DNA of 35,817 bases from Candidatus Azambacteria bacterium (GTDB lineage: Bacteria; Patescibacteriota; Minisyncoccia; GWC2-36-17; WO2-46-25). The stretch's first letter is position 1, and each line of letters begins with the position of its first letter. The notes under the pieces are model-generated. The model did not search any database. It was not told the origin of the DNA and worked only from the letters and a program-made list of their open reading frames with translations. Shown one piece after another: positions 25,590-35,251 of this stretch. Where the stretch lies: positions 1 through 35,817 of the forward strand of contig JANLHQ010000011.1 in the NCBI GenBank assembly GCA_024654415.1. The letters run 5' to 3'. The translations under genes and the position numbers were made by a program.

Positions 25590-27680
25590 TTATTGCTGTG
25601 CCACCTGTGCTGCTCGCGCATACCACACTTGTGCTTCCTCTTGCATACCGCGTTTTTCGTATTGCTGTGCGAGCCAGCCCATTTCCTTTTCACTTACCAA
25701 TGGAAGTCCATTTTGCACACCTTCATCAAGCGCATAAAATGCCTTGTCTTCATTTTCTACTAAGCTGTATGCAATAAATGCAACGCGATAAAAATCATAA
25801 AACTTTTTGCTTTTTGCTATACCTTCTTCTGCGCGCTCAGCTGCGCCAGTATAATCACCCTCGATCAGTGCGCGCTGCGCAAGCACTAACGGCACCTCAA
25901 GGCGCTCGGGCGCGAGCTCCTGAGCCTGCGCAAGAACACCCTCAACTCGCTCGTCGTTTTCGATACCAAGCAGAAGCTGTATATTATACAACCTGCCAAG
26001 CTCACTGTAGGCAAGATAATCATGAGGATGCTGGCGTATATACGCATCGAGCTCGCGCATGGCAAAGGGAAGAAAATCATCGGTGAATTCTTGTGGCGAT
26101 TGCCTTCCGAATGTCTGATAAAAATTAAACGCATATACGGCAAGTGATTTTTGCACCGTGCCCTTTCCGTATGTTGAGATGCCGAGTGCTCGCTCATATA
26201 TATCCGTTGCCGCCACAAGCACACCATGTGGCTCCACTTCTCCGATGCGCTGTCGCAGATCATCCGCGTCAGAAAGTGCGCGATCAGCGAGGGCGGGGCG
26301 TATATTCACCGCCCACCCCACATATGCGAGCGCGAGAAATACGGTGAGCGCGGTTACTGCAAAAGAAACCGTAAGCGGCTCTTGTGTGGCTTGTGGCACA
26401 TGAGGCTGATCTTCGCGGGTGTGCGTAATGCGTGCCGTGACATATCCGAATACTAAAAAGAGCGGTAGAAAGGATGTAAGTGTGTCCATATTGAAAAACC
26501 CCTGCATACCATACATCACCACGAATGCACCAAGAATAATCGAAGTATGCGCACCGAACGCACCCTCACGTCTCCCCTTCCATAACAAATATAAAAACAT
26601 CATGAACATACTGATATATGCAAGCACCCCAATACCCCCCGCAGTCGCAAGCTGTTCGATGAGTATGTTGTGTGCACGATCGAATTCGGTCTCCCCTATT
26701 TCGTATGTATAAAACCCCGGGTCAAAATATTTATTGAATACGACTTTAAAATTCTCAGGACCCACGCCAAGAAGCGGTGCATCCAAAAAACCTTTCCATC
26801 CTGCTTCCCATGAAAAAAGACGCGTACGCGTCGTAACATCAGAAAATGAGAAAATGGCAAGACGGCTAATACCCACTTTTACACCAAGGCTAGTGTGGGC
26901 AAGCCCAAGCACTGCGCCACCCACCAACACAAATGTAATAAACAATGCAACAAGAAGCATCTTTATTCGTTTTGTCTTGTGTTCATACCAGAAAATATAT
27001 CCGCACCCCATCACCATGATCCCCGCCGCGAGCGCAAGCATCGCCGCACGCGTGCTGGTGAGCATCGCGACCACGACATTCACCATAGCAATTCCGCCGA
27101 GCGCGAGCCTCCACGGGCGCGCAAAAAATGCTCCAAGCGCGAGCCATAGCGCAATTGCCGCATTCAGCAAGAGATAGGTTGCGAAAAACCCGGCATTGCC
27201 AATAGTGCTATAAATACGCCCTATGTCTTCAAAGAAGAATTGATACACGCCGTAACCGGCGGTCAGGAAACTCGCCCCCACCGACACCGCCAGTAGCCAC
27301 CGCCATGCGCGATCTTCGCGCACCACTGCACTCACGATAACAAAAAATATGAAGAAGTGAATAATCGTGATAAATCCCCAGTGTCGGTCAAAATCAGAAA
27401 AGAAGCTTCGCATCGGATCAAGCCCGAATACTCCCGCAAGTGCCTGTGCCCCGATGAATACCGCAACAGCCCAGAGCATTGGAGAAAGCTTGGGCGCATA
27501 CGCGCTATTTCTCAGCACCAAAAGAAAATATACAAAGAGCATCGCCTCAACGATCAAGCGAAAAAGGAACGTCTGCGGTGCAACATGCGACGGATAGAAA
27601 TACACAGAAAACACCAGCGGCACACACAATGCCGCGCCTGTAAGCCATTTAATGATGGTTACGAGAGTATTGTCGCTCAT
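25590..27680 (-). CDS. O-antigen-ligase-like (Wzy_C) membrane protein with C-terminal TPR repeats (paralog 2)
   Basis: Same architecture: TSTRAAMLALAAG, EFDRAHNILIEQLATAGGIGVL and a TPR-like tail. The start overlaps the upstream stop by 4 nt. Confidence 0.75.
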   Translation of the reverse strand: MSDNTLVTIIKWLTGAALCVPLVFSVYFYPSHVAPQTFLFRLIVEAMLFVYFLLVLRNSAYAPKLSPMLWAVAVFIGAQALAGVFGLDPMRSFFSDFDRHWGFITIIHFFIFFVIVSAVVREDRAWRWLLAVSVGASFLTAGYGVYQFFFEDIGRIYSTIGNAGFFATYLLLNAAIALWLALGAFFARPWRLALGGIAMVNVVVAMLTSTRAAMLALAAGIMVMGCGYIFWYEHKTKRIKMLLVALFITFVLVGGAVLGLAHTSLGVKVGISRLAIFSFSDVTTRTRLFSWEAGWKGFLDAPLLGVGPENFKVVFNKYFDPGFYTYEIGETEFDRAHNILIEQLATAGGIGVLAYISMFMMFLYLLWKGRREGAFGAHTSIILGAFVVMYGMQGFFNMDTLTSFLPLFLVFGYVTARITHTREDQPHVPQATQEPLTVSFAVTALTVFLALAYVGWAVNIRPALADRALSDADDLRQRIGEVEPHGVLVAATDIYERALGISTYGKGTVQKSLAVYAFNFYQTFGRQSPQEFTDDFLPFAMRELDAYIRQHPHDYLAYSELGRLYNIQLLLGIENDERVEGVLAQAQELAPERLEVPLVLAQRALIEGDYTGAAERAEEGIAKSKKFYDFYRVAFIAYSLVENEDKAFYALDEGVQNGLPLVSEKEMGWLAQQYEKRGMQEEAQVWYARAAQVAQQ

Positions 27681-30600
27681 GGTCTATATACTACATCTTT
27701 AAGGTTATTCGTGAAAGTATTATTCGCTGCTTTCAGAAAATCCTCGGTAAGCACAGACGCTGATTCCGTGCCAATACTGATACCGATACCGCCGATAGTT
27801 TCCCGTGAATTTTTTATCGCTTCTTTCGTATTGCGAATATCGGAATTTGCAATCGTCGGCCACGAATTGCCTTCTATGAACACCGCAATCGCAAGATTCT
27901 TATCAAATGTTGCATGCGAGATTGTCGGGCTTGCATCTTGTATAAGCAGGGCTCCTTTATACCCCATACACGGCCCTCCAAAATATGCGTATGGACACAG
28001 GTTCTCCCCACTCCCTCCGTAACGAATGTGTACATATTCCAGAATAGAATCAGAAGAAGTTGCACCAATGAATTGGATATTTTTCCACGCTCCTGACACC
28101 AATGCCCTACCGTCGCCACTGTCATACCCATCACTGTCATCCGCGGATGCGGTGAAAATAATCGGTCGCTCCGCGGTGCCTTGCGCTTTCAATACGCCAC
28201 GAACTATCACTGGATTTGCAATGCTCTTAATAACGGTGCCCGGCTCGATGGTCAGCGCACCGCCTTCGGTTATCGTGATACCATTGCGGAGAATATAGGG
28301 CATGGTATCGGCACGCAGTGTTTTTACCTGCTCATCCCTCGCCACAAGATAGATATAAAACCCACCTTTATGCTCGCTGTCCCGGTTATTCGTATTTTCT
28401 AAATTAAGATCGCCGTAGGAGCGAGTAAACTCGCCGTTTTTCCAGTTACTCGTAAATATATTGTCTTTTACAATAAGTGGCGTGCTCGTTGCGGATTCTG
28501 AGCTTATGCCGATCCTATTATCTTCAAAAATATTTGCGATAATATCTGCCGTAGAGCTCGCATCTGCGATGCGTATGCCTGCCCCATAATACATTTCCGA
28601 ATATGTATCCTCCGGAGCAGTGGTATTTTTTATTGTATTGCGCGTGATGAACGGGTGCGCACCATCTTCCACATAGAGAGCGACCATGTAATTTTTATCA
28701 AACACCGAATCAGTAATGCGCGGGCGCGCCCCAGAGGTGGCGAGAACACCGGTGATTTTTCTATTTACCAGCTGCCCGCCGTATTTCATGTGCGCATACG
28801 ATACCACCGATGGGATTGTGATATTATAAAAATGAATAGCGCTCCAATCAGCGGGATTTGGCTTTGTTGCTGAACCGTTTTGATTGGAGTCGATACCATC
28901 TACTTCGTCATCTGAAAACGAAGTGAATATTATCGGCTCCTCTCCCGTACCTTCCGCACGCAATGCTCCGTATACGTTCATGCCAGCGGTGCTTGCAAAT
29001 TTCACTACCGTACCCGGCTCAATGGTAAGCGTTGCGTTGTTAGAAATCGAGAGCTCAAGTGGCGAAACATAATACGGGCTGTACGCCTTGCGCCACACCG
29101 TATCTTCAGCAATGCTTCTTGTCGGTGTGTAATATCCAGTCACGCTGTTTTTCATGCCCGGCGTACCAAGGATGTCGCCATCCTTTGCGTCTTTTGCAAA
29201 CGGCGGTGTGAGCGCTTCCGAATATGTTTTCCAATTACTCTGACTCGCGCCTGACGCATGGGGGCTTACGCGTTCCAATGAACGGCGCTCTTCTTTTTTG
29301 CTTGCAAAGAGCCAATACCCGAAATCAATATAGTCCACTGTGGTAGTTCCATTGGTAGTTTTCTGTTTGAGATAGAGGTTCCCCTCGGGATAGGAATCAA
29401 CCAACACGCCTTTATGCGAAGAATACACCATGTTCTCCGCCTGATCGGTGGTCGTGCTTACGGTACGCTCAAGAAGAAAATATCCTTTTGCAGGAATCAC
29501 TCCTTTCAAGGTAACGGAAAATTTTTGACTCTTGCTTTCAAGCGTCCATTTGTTGGCAGGGTCGAGGTCGAAGTCGATATCGCTGTTTGTTTTATTATAC
29601 AGCTCTATCCATTCATCATTTGCCGCCGCCTTTGTGCCCATCCATGCAATTTCATTGATAACGATTGGCGCACCATCAATGATCTCCGGCTCTACAATAA
29701 TCACAGGTTCGGTTGATGTTGCCGTATCAATCACCTCCTCCGTCGTAGTTGCGGTATCAGTAACCGTATCGGGCGTTGAAGTTGCGGTGCTATCGGTCGA
29801 TGTCGCTGTGGTATCTGTTGTCGTAGAAGCCGCAAAAAAACTAAGCGGCTCTTGATCCTCCTCTGGTGGAGTAGCAACAAGCGCATCAGGAGAAACACCG
29901 CTCACATAAGCGCTCCCATGATACACAGGAGTGGTCGTGGTAGCTGTGGACAGATCAGCACTATTTACGACGTCCGACGTCGTAAATTCACTTGCAGAAG
30001 TTTCCACGACCTCAAGAAGCGGAGCATCCGATGGACTCACCGGTATGTCTTGGGCAATATCTTGCGCGCTTGGCGCATCCACCACCACGGGAACGATTGG
30101 GACCTCATATGCAATAGGGTCGACAGCGATAATTGTTTCGGGCTGCGGTTGCGCGGTCGCTGGCTGTAATGTCGGCTCCGGCAATGGTTGCGACGCCGTC
30201 TGCGTCATCCCCTGCCCTTCCGGCTGCGCGTTTGTACTGATTAGCCCGCTCAACTGCGCAGGAAGGAAATTTATATAAAAAACCATCGCAGAATCATATG
30301 CATCCATTAGCGCCATTGCCACATTGGAAAGAGGGGTGCTGGCGATCATAGCGATATCTCCCCACATATATCCGATATTACTCTTGACGCTACTCAATCC
30401 CACTACACTATTTGCCAAAAGATTAAATTTTTTCGCTTGTTTTTCAGCATCAATCTGCTCAAATTGTTTTACGAAATAATCTATAACGCCCGCGCTATAC
30501 CCAACTGCTTTCGGAGATAATAAATTCCAATAATCGGAGTGAATTTGAGGATCGTCGATTGCGTAAACTGGATTAATTACATCCGGATTATCAGAAAAAG

Positions 30601-31327
30601 CTAAATAATATTCATCTCCATTAATATTACTTATTAAATATGTCCTATATTTTCCATCATTAAATATCCTTTTTGTTTTAAATTTACTAACATCTCTAAT
30701 CGTATCCTCGCTAAAAAAATTATTATGAGAATATAAGGCAAGCTCATCAAATGTTTGATCGATGCTTTGTATCGGAATAAAACCTAGTCTCTTGAAATCG
30801 ATGCTTCCATTCTGTTTTGCCCAATTTTCATAAGGGTCGCCTTGGGAATGAGAGTCATTTCGCGTATGCGCCGGCACCGACATGTCTTGCATTAAATGTA
30901 AAATATGTCCGATACCTTGATATGCGCGCTCTTTATTGCCATTACGATAATTTTGCAAAATTGCCGGCTCTGAATAATCTCCGGCATTTGCAACCCATCC
31001 AGTCTGCGTCTGCGCCCATTCTTTTGCTGATATACCATTAACCTGACCGAATCTTTCATCGATGTCATTAAGTCCGATCCCTGTCGTCGGATCATAATAA
31101 TGATTCAGATATCTCGGAAAAGCATCTTCATCGACAGAGCCCAATATAATCCAAGTTATTTGCTCTTGAGAGAGAGTTTTCCCGGTATAATTTTGATATA
31201 TGTTTGTCGCCGCCGCACTAATTTGCGGATGCGTTATTAAATTGTCATACCCAAAAACCGCTCCAACAATAAAAAGAAGTGCGAAAAATGGCAAGAAATA
31301 TTTAATCTTCTTTATCTTTTTTCTCAT
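27677..31327 (-). CDS. 1216-aa secreted multidomain protein: Zn-phospholipase-C-like domain, T/P-rich linker, lamin-tail domain, duplicated parallel beta-helix region
   Basis: Signal/anchor KYFLPFFALLFIVGAVFG. VDEDAFPRYLNHYYDP and HILHLMQDMSVPAHTRND (PLC / S1-P1-like Zn ligand pattern). A long T-rich linker. VINEIAWMGT...NDEWIELYN (LTD). Two homologous blocks TIEPGTV.K....V.G.L.A.GT.E.PIIFT...DD... Confidence 0.7.
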   Translation of the reverse strand: MRKKIKKIKYFLPFFALLFIVGAVFGYDNLITHPQISAAATNIYQNYTGKTLSQEQITWIILGSVDEDAFPRYLNHYYDPTTGIGLNDIDERFGQVNGISAKEWAQTQTGWVANAGDYSEPAILQNYRNGNKERAYQGIGHILHLMQDMSVPAHTRNDSHSQGDPYENWAKQNGSIDFKRLGFIPIQSIDQTFDELALYSHNNFFSEDTIRDVSKFKTKRIFNDGKYRTYLISNINGDEYYLAFSDNPDVINPVYAIDDPQIHSDYWNLLSPKAVGYSAGVIDYFVKQFEQIDAEKQAKKFNLLANSVVGLSSVKSNIGYMWGDIAMIASTPLSNVAMALMDAYDSAMVFYINFLPAQLSGLISTNAQPEGQGMTQTASQPLPEPTLQPATAQPQPETIIAVDPIAYEVPIVPVVVDAPSAQDIAQDIPVSPSDAPLLEVVETSASEFTTSDVVNSADLSTATTTTPVYHGSAYVSGVSPDALVATPPEEDQEPLSFFAASTTTDTTATSTDSTATSTPDTVTDTATTTEEVIDTATSTEPVIIVEPEIIDGAPIVINEIAWMGTKAAANDEWIELYNKTNSDIDFDLDPANKWTLESKSQKFSVTLKGVIPAKGYFLLERTVSTTTDQAENMVYSSHKGVLVDSYPEGNLYLKQKTTNGTTTVDYIDFGYWLFASKKEERRSLERVSPHASGASQSNWKTYSEALTPPFAKDAKDGDILGTPGMKNSVTGYYTPTRSIAEDTVWRKAYSPYYVSPLELSISNNATLTIEPGTVVKFASTAGMNVYGALRAEGTGEEPIIFTSFSDDEVDGIDSNQNGSATKPNPADWSAIHFYNITIPSVVSYAHMKYGGQLVNRKITGVLATSGARPRITDSVFDKNYMVALYVEDGAHPFITRNTIKNTTAPEDTYSEMYYGAGIRIADASSTADIIANIFEDNRIGISSESATSTPLIVKDNIFTSNWKNGEFTRSYGDLNLENTNNRDSEHKGGFYIYLVARDEQVKTLRADTMPYILRNGITITEGGALTIEPGTVIKSIANPVIVRGVLKAQGTAERPIIFTASADDSDGYDSGDGRALVSGAWKNIQFIGATSSDSILEYVHIRYGGSGENLCPYAYFGGPCMGYKGALLIQDASPTISHATFDKNLAIAVFIEGNSWPTIANSDIRNTKEAIKNSRETIGGIGISIGTESASVLTEDFLKAANNTFTNNLKDVVYRP

Positions 31328-31328
31328 T

Positions 31329-31838
31329 TTAGATATTCTCTATCTTCCAGTAGCCATTTAAATCTTTAATAAACCTGACATTGTTTTTATTTTCAGTCCC
31401 CATATTAATATCATAACTAGCATAATTTCCGCTTTCCTCTTCTTTTGTTATTTTCTCAGGAATTTTACCTCCCCACTCCCTCATGTTTCCCTCATCGCTT
31501 AAAATCTTTCTGAATGTTTCTCTATGCTCCTCTGATATTTGTTCTAGCGCTAATTCGAGATCACTGTCAATCAACGCCTGCCGAAATGCTGTATATACTT
31601 CTTCAGGTGTATTTTTTGCTTCGGCTTCATAGTATTGCGGAGGGAATTTCTGCGCTAATTCTTCTTTCGTATACCAAGCGCCGCCCCATTTCACGACATC
31701 GCCACGCTGGATTTTGATGTAGGCATACACCATGCTAACAGTATAATAAATAATTATCGCGCCCGCGATAATCGCTGCGATTTTTAGACCTCTTGGAATT
31801 CTTTTTTTGTTTTGTTGATTTTGTTCTTGTGGCTCCAT
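31329..31838 (-). CDS. membrane-anchored hypothetical protein
   Basis: 169 aa with a single N-terminal TM segment (LKIAAIIAGAIIIYYTVSMVYAYI). The soluble domain is unrecognised. Confidence 0.5.
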   Translation of the reverse strand: MEPQEQNQQNKKRIPRGLKIAAIIAGAIIIYYTVSMVYAYIKIQRGDVVKWGGAWYTKEELAQKFPPQYYEAEAKNTPEEVYTAFRQALIDSDLELALEQISEEHRETFRKILSDEGNMREWGGKIPEKITKEEESGNYASYDINMGTENKNNVRFIKDLNGYWKIENI

Positions 31839-31850
31839 AGATTTAGTTTA

Positions 31851-31884
31851 AATGTTTAAAAGTATTAAAGTTTAAAAAATGCGG
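31851..31884. repeat. intergenic repeat, copy 1 (AATGTTTAAAAGTATTAAAGTTTAAAAAATGCGG)
   Basis: Near-identical to 31927-31958. Contains the 22-nt core GTTTAAAAGTAT.AA.GTTTAA. Confidence 0.8.
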
Positions 31885-31926
31885 TGTGCGTAAGTGAGCG
31901 TCGATGTATCATGGCTCAATGATTCA

Positions 31927-31958
31927 AATGTTTAACAGTATAAAGTTTAAAAATGCGG
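31927..31958. repeat. intergenic repeat, copy 2 (AATGTTTAACAGTATAAAGTTTAAAAATGCGG)
   Basis: Direct repeat of copy 1, 76 nt away. Confidence 0.8.
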
Positions 31959-31990
31959 CCGCACGAATTGAAGGTTTAAAAACATAAAAG

Positions 31991-32461
31991 TTACTTATTT
32001 GGAAACGGATAATTTGCGGGAAGAAGACCGCGGAGCTGTTTCTCAAATTCTTCGCGTTCTTTGTCAACTGGCTTTTTGAATTTTAGACCTTTATACTTTG
32101 ATACTTTTAAACTCTCGATGAATTTAGAAATAAGCGAGGAGGTAAATTGGCATAGCTCCGCACACTTTTTAAATTCCGCCTTTGCAATATACTCCTGGTC
32201 TAATGCTACATATAGCTGAGCGCGCACTTCGCCACATGAGGCTTTTGCGATATACAGAAAATATACTGTTTCTTCCTTACTCCCCCGCTCAAATCCTTCA
32301 GCGATATTGGAAAGAACTGAAACCGCGGCGCGCGTAATCTGGTCGGCAAGGCCGCGATCTTTGGTAAATGCGGGCTTGCGCATGAACGAATAAATACAAT
32401 TTACCAACTCGCGGGACTTTTGCCACACAAACAGATCTTCGAATGATTTAGCGGTGCTCAT
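31991..32461 (-). CDS. four-helix-bundle protein (TIGR02436 / 23S rRNA intervening-sequence protein family)
   Basis: FEDLFVWQKSRELVNCIY ... ADQITRAAVSVLSNIAEGFERGSKEE ... YIAKASCGEVRAQL is the characteristic pattern of this family. Confidence 0.85.
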   Translation of the reverse strand: MSTAKSFEDLFVWQKSRELVNCIYSFMRKPAFTKDRGLADQITRAAVSVLSNIAEGFERGSKEETVYFLYIAKASCGEVRAQLYVALDQEYIAKAEFKKCAELCQFTSSLISKFIESLKVSKYKGLKFKKPVDKEREEFEKQLRGLLPANYPFPNK

Positions 32462-32473
32462 AGGAAAATAGAA

Positions 32474-32505
32474 AAGTTTAAGAGTTTAAAAGTATCAAGG
32501 TTTAA
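32474..32505. repeat. intergenic repeat, copy 3
   Basis: AAGTTTAAGAGTTTAAAAGTATCAAGGTTTAA carries the same 22-nt core (32484-32505). Confidence 0.7.
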
Positions 32506-32534
32506 TGACCTAAAAGACATAAGGTTTAAAATCA

Positions 32535-34820
32535 TCAAAGCGAATTTATAAAGTTATCCACAGCTGGTTTTTGGGTGGGGTCGAGCTTTGCTATTGCTTG
32601 GGCGTGCTCAATTGCCCTCTCTTTGTTACCGAGCTTTGCATATACTACCGCCATATTCATGTGGAGACGGACTGCCTCTGTATCGTCTACCCCCGCTTGC
32701 AGCATGCGCTGGTCTATATAGATGATCTTTACGAGGTTTTGTTGCTGGACGTAGTACTTCTCTGCCCATAGCACTTCTTTTGCGGTACGAATGCCCTGGC
32801 CGAGGTACAGTGCCCTTTCAAGGTATGGGATGCCCTTCTCGTCGATTCCCATGAAATGATACGCTTGCGCTATCTTCCATGGCGGCACGGGATGGTCAGG
32901 GTTCTTCTCTGACGCAGTGGTTAAAATCTCAATGGACTTTTCGTAATTCTTTTTTAAGAACTCCGTTTGCGCGAGCGCGAATTCAAACTCCATTCTACCC
33001 GGGCTTATTGCGATGGAATTACGGATGATCTCTTCGATCTCTGGAGATGCCATACCGGTGCGGGAAAGTTTTAGGTTGTACAAGTCAGAGAGCTGGAGTC
33101 GATACAACAAGAGATACTGGTTAGTGCTGTCGATGCCTTCTTTTAATGCGGCAATCGCTTCATCAAGATACGCGTCAACGCTCGACGGAAGTTCTTTTAC
33201 CTCGATACCCTGGACATGCTTTGCCACCGCAAGCGCCATACGGCTTCGCGCTTCGTTGTCACCATAGGTATGATACGCGAGCGCCTTTCGATAATACTCC
33301 ATCGTCTGATGAATATCATATCTCCCGCTTTCCGCCTTTGAAATATAATATGCCTCTGCCGCTGGGCGCGCAGTGAAAAAATAACTTAGTACAAGAACAC
33401 CGATAAGGGGTACGGCAAAAAACGATACGTTCACTGGCTCACCGCGTACCGCGGGAACATCTTGCTCTTGCGAAAAGCTGTTGAGATACGCGAGAGCGAC
33501 AATGAACATAAGAAACGCCGAGAACGAATCAAACAAGAAAACATTCTGTGCCGCGTACGCGATAAAAAACAATGCGAACACAAACGCATGCGCCGCGCTG
33601 AGTTTTCCTTTTTTATACAGCGAGATGATCGTATAAAACGTTGTGGCAAAGAGCAAAAGATACGCAAACAAACCCGCCCATCCGTGCGTCACGAGCATAT
33701 CGATATAGATGTTGTGCGCGTGATCAAACCACACCTCCGAGCGCTCGTAGGAATAAAATGCCGGGTCAAACTGCTTGTTGAACGCCAAAATAAAATTATC
33801 CGGGCCCACGCCAAGGAGTGAGGACTCCTTTACGCCCCCAAGCGCTGATTTCCATGCAATAAGGCGCGTCTGCACCGTTACGTCATACAGCGAGATATTT
33901 GCGATGCGTGAAATGAACGACCCGCTCTTCCCTGCAACGGCCGGCGCGTCGAAACGCCCTATGTCATAAAACTGCTCTTGCGTTATGCGCTGTGTCTTTT
34001 CAAACAGCGACCCCTGCGAAGCAAGCAACACCGCGCCCAGAAGCGAAAGGGCGATAAACGAGATCGCGCCGATCTTCAACACGCGTTTCTTGGAAAATAC
34101 CGCGAGCAGTACCGCGCCCGCAAAAAATGCCGCCGCAAGCCCCACTGCCGCACCGCGAGTCGCTGTTGCTAATATTGCAAACAATGCCGCAAGTGAAAGC
34201 GTGGCGTATAAAAAGCGGTGAGAATATCCCATGCTCCCCTGTAGCCTATTACTCAACCAAAAAAGAAACGCAAAAAAACACGCGAAGAAAAGATAGCTTG
34301 CAAAAAACGCCGGATTGCCAACGGTACTCATAATGCGTGGGGCGCTGCCACTCATCAAAAGCGAACCGACGAATTGCACGATGCCAAACGCTACGGAAAG
34401 CGCGGCGACCATAAGCGCGAGCTTGATGAGCCTCGCCCACTCCTCTTTTGTTTTGAACATACCGGCGAGCACCACGAAAAACAAAAAGAAATGCGCAAGC
34501 GAAAAGAGCCCCCACATGCGTTCAAAATTACCGAAAAAACTGCGATATGGGTCGAGCCCGAAAAGCGTCGAGAGAAGTAATACTAAGAAATAAAAAGACA
34601 GCGCGAGAAGGAGCGCTGTCTTTTTGGGGCGATAAGCAGAGTTTTTCAGCGCAAGCACCAGATAGAGCGCGACGATGATCTCGACAAGTATCTGGAATAA
34701 AAAACCACGCGAGGTGGCAAACGGGAAAAGAAATAACGGGATAACTATAAGCGGCAAAAAAAGAACGGCGTATACGCCGGCCTTAATAATGGAAACAATG
34801 GTACTTTCTCGAAACAACAT
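32535..34820 (-). CDS. O-antigen-ligase-like (Wzy_C) membrane protein with C-terminal TPR repeats (paralog 3)
   Basis: TATRGAAVGLAAAF, WFDHAHNIYIDMLVTHGWAGL and a TPR-like C-terminal third. Confidence 0.75.
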   Translation of the reverse strand: MLFRESTIVSIIKAGVYAVLFLPLIVIPLFLFPFATSRGFLFQILVEIIVALYLVLALKNSAYRPKKTALLLALSFYFLVLLLSTLFGLDPYRSFFGNFERMWGLFSLAHFFLFFVVLAGMFKTKEEWARLIKLALMVAALSVAFGIVQFVGSLLMSGSAPRIMSTVGNPAFFASYLFFACFFAFLFWLSNRLQGSMGYSHRFLYATLSLAALFAILATATRGAAVGLAAAFFAGAVLLAVFSKKRVLKIGAISFIALSLLGAVLLASQGSLFEKTQRITQEQFYDIGRFDAPAVAGKSGSFISRIANISLYDVTVQTRLIAWKSALGGVKESSLLGVGPDNFILAFNKQFDPAFYSYERSEVWFDHAHNIYIDMLVTHGWAGLFAYLLLFATTFYTIISLYKKGKLSAAHAFVFALFFIAYAAQNVFLFDSFSAFLMFIVALAYLNSFSQEQDVPAVRGEPVNVSFFAVPLIGVLVLSYFFTARPAAEAYYISKAESGRYDIHQTMEYYRKALAYHTYGDNEARSRMALAVAKHVQGIEVKELPSSVDAYLDEAIAALKEGIDSTNQYLLLYRLQLSDLYNLKLSRTGMASPEIEEIIRNSIAISPGRMEFEFALAQTEFLKKNYEKSIEILTTASEKNPDHPVPPWKIAQAYHFMGIDEKGIPYLERALYLGQGIRTAKEVLWAEKYYVQQQNLVKIIYIDQRMLQAGVDDTEAVRLHMNMAVVYAKLGNKERAIEHAQAIAKLDPTQKPAVDNFINSL

Positions 34821-34827
34821 GAAATAT

Positions 34828-35196
34828 TTATGCCTTCAGCTGAATACCAATTTTTTCTGCAAGCTGCAAAATCCAGCGCTCCATTCTATCAACCTTATGC
34901 GCCAACATTACCATCTCCTGAAAATAGGTGTCTGACTTCTTCGCATAACCATCAACAGCGGTTTGGAGCGTGTTGAAATCGTGCTTAAGCTCGGTGTGAA
35001 CATTGTCAATCTTTTCATGGACTTCCTCAAGCTTTTCATACACATCATCGAACCGCCGGTCAACTTGTTCGAACCGCTCATCAACCCGCTGAAAGCCATT
35101 ATCCATTTTCTCATGGACTTCATTAAACCCTCTTCCCATCATAAGGGCGAGATCGTTGAGGGTTACATCTTTTTTCTTTTTTTGCTTTGGCTTCAT
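34828..35196 (-). CDS. small coiled-coil protein with basic N-terminus, hypothetical
   Basis: MKPKQKKKK, then heptad-like repeats (GFNEVHEKMDNGFQRVDERFEQVDRRFDDVYEKLEEVHEKIDNVH). Confidence 0.5.
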   Translation of the reverse strand: MKPKQKKKKDVTLNDLALMMGRGFNEVHEKMDNGFQRVDERFEQVDRRFDDVYEKLEEVHEKIDNVHTELKHDFNTLQTAVDGYAKKSDTYFQEMVMLAHKVDRMERWILQLAEKIGIQLKA

Positions 35197-35220
35197 ACTA
35201 TGATTCTAACAAAAAGTTTC

Positions 35221-35250
35221 AATGTTTTAAAGTATAAAAGTTTAAAAATA
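35221..35250. repeat. intergenic repeat, copy 4
   Basis: AATGTTTTAAAGTATAAAAGTTTAAAAATA. Confidence 0.7.
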
Positions 35251-35251
35251 C

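Noticed and set aside
895-34935. Numerous 60-220-aa track ORFs antisense to or overlapping the large minus-strand genes (e.g. 895..1299, 5191..5628, 13266..13625, 18727..19173, 26734..27177, 27357..28022, 33462..33821, 34963..35352).
   Set aside because: They lie entirely within better-supported genes on the opposite strand or in another frame. They have low-complexity or Cys/Arg-rich compositions typical of shadow ORFs, and none shows a recognisable motif.
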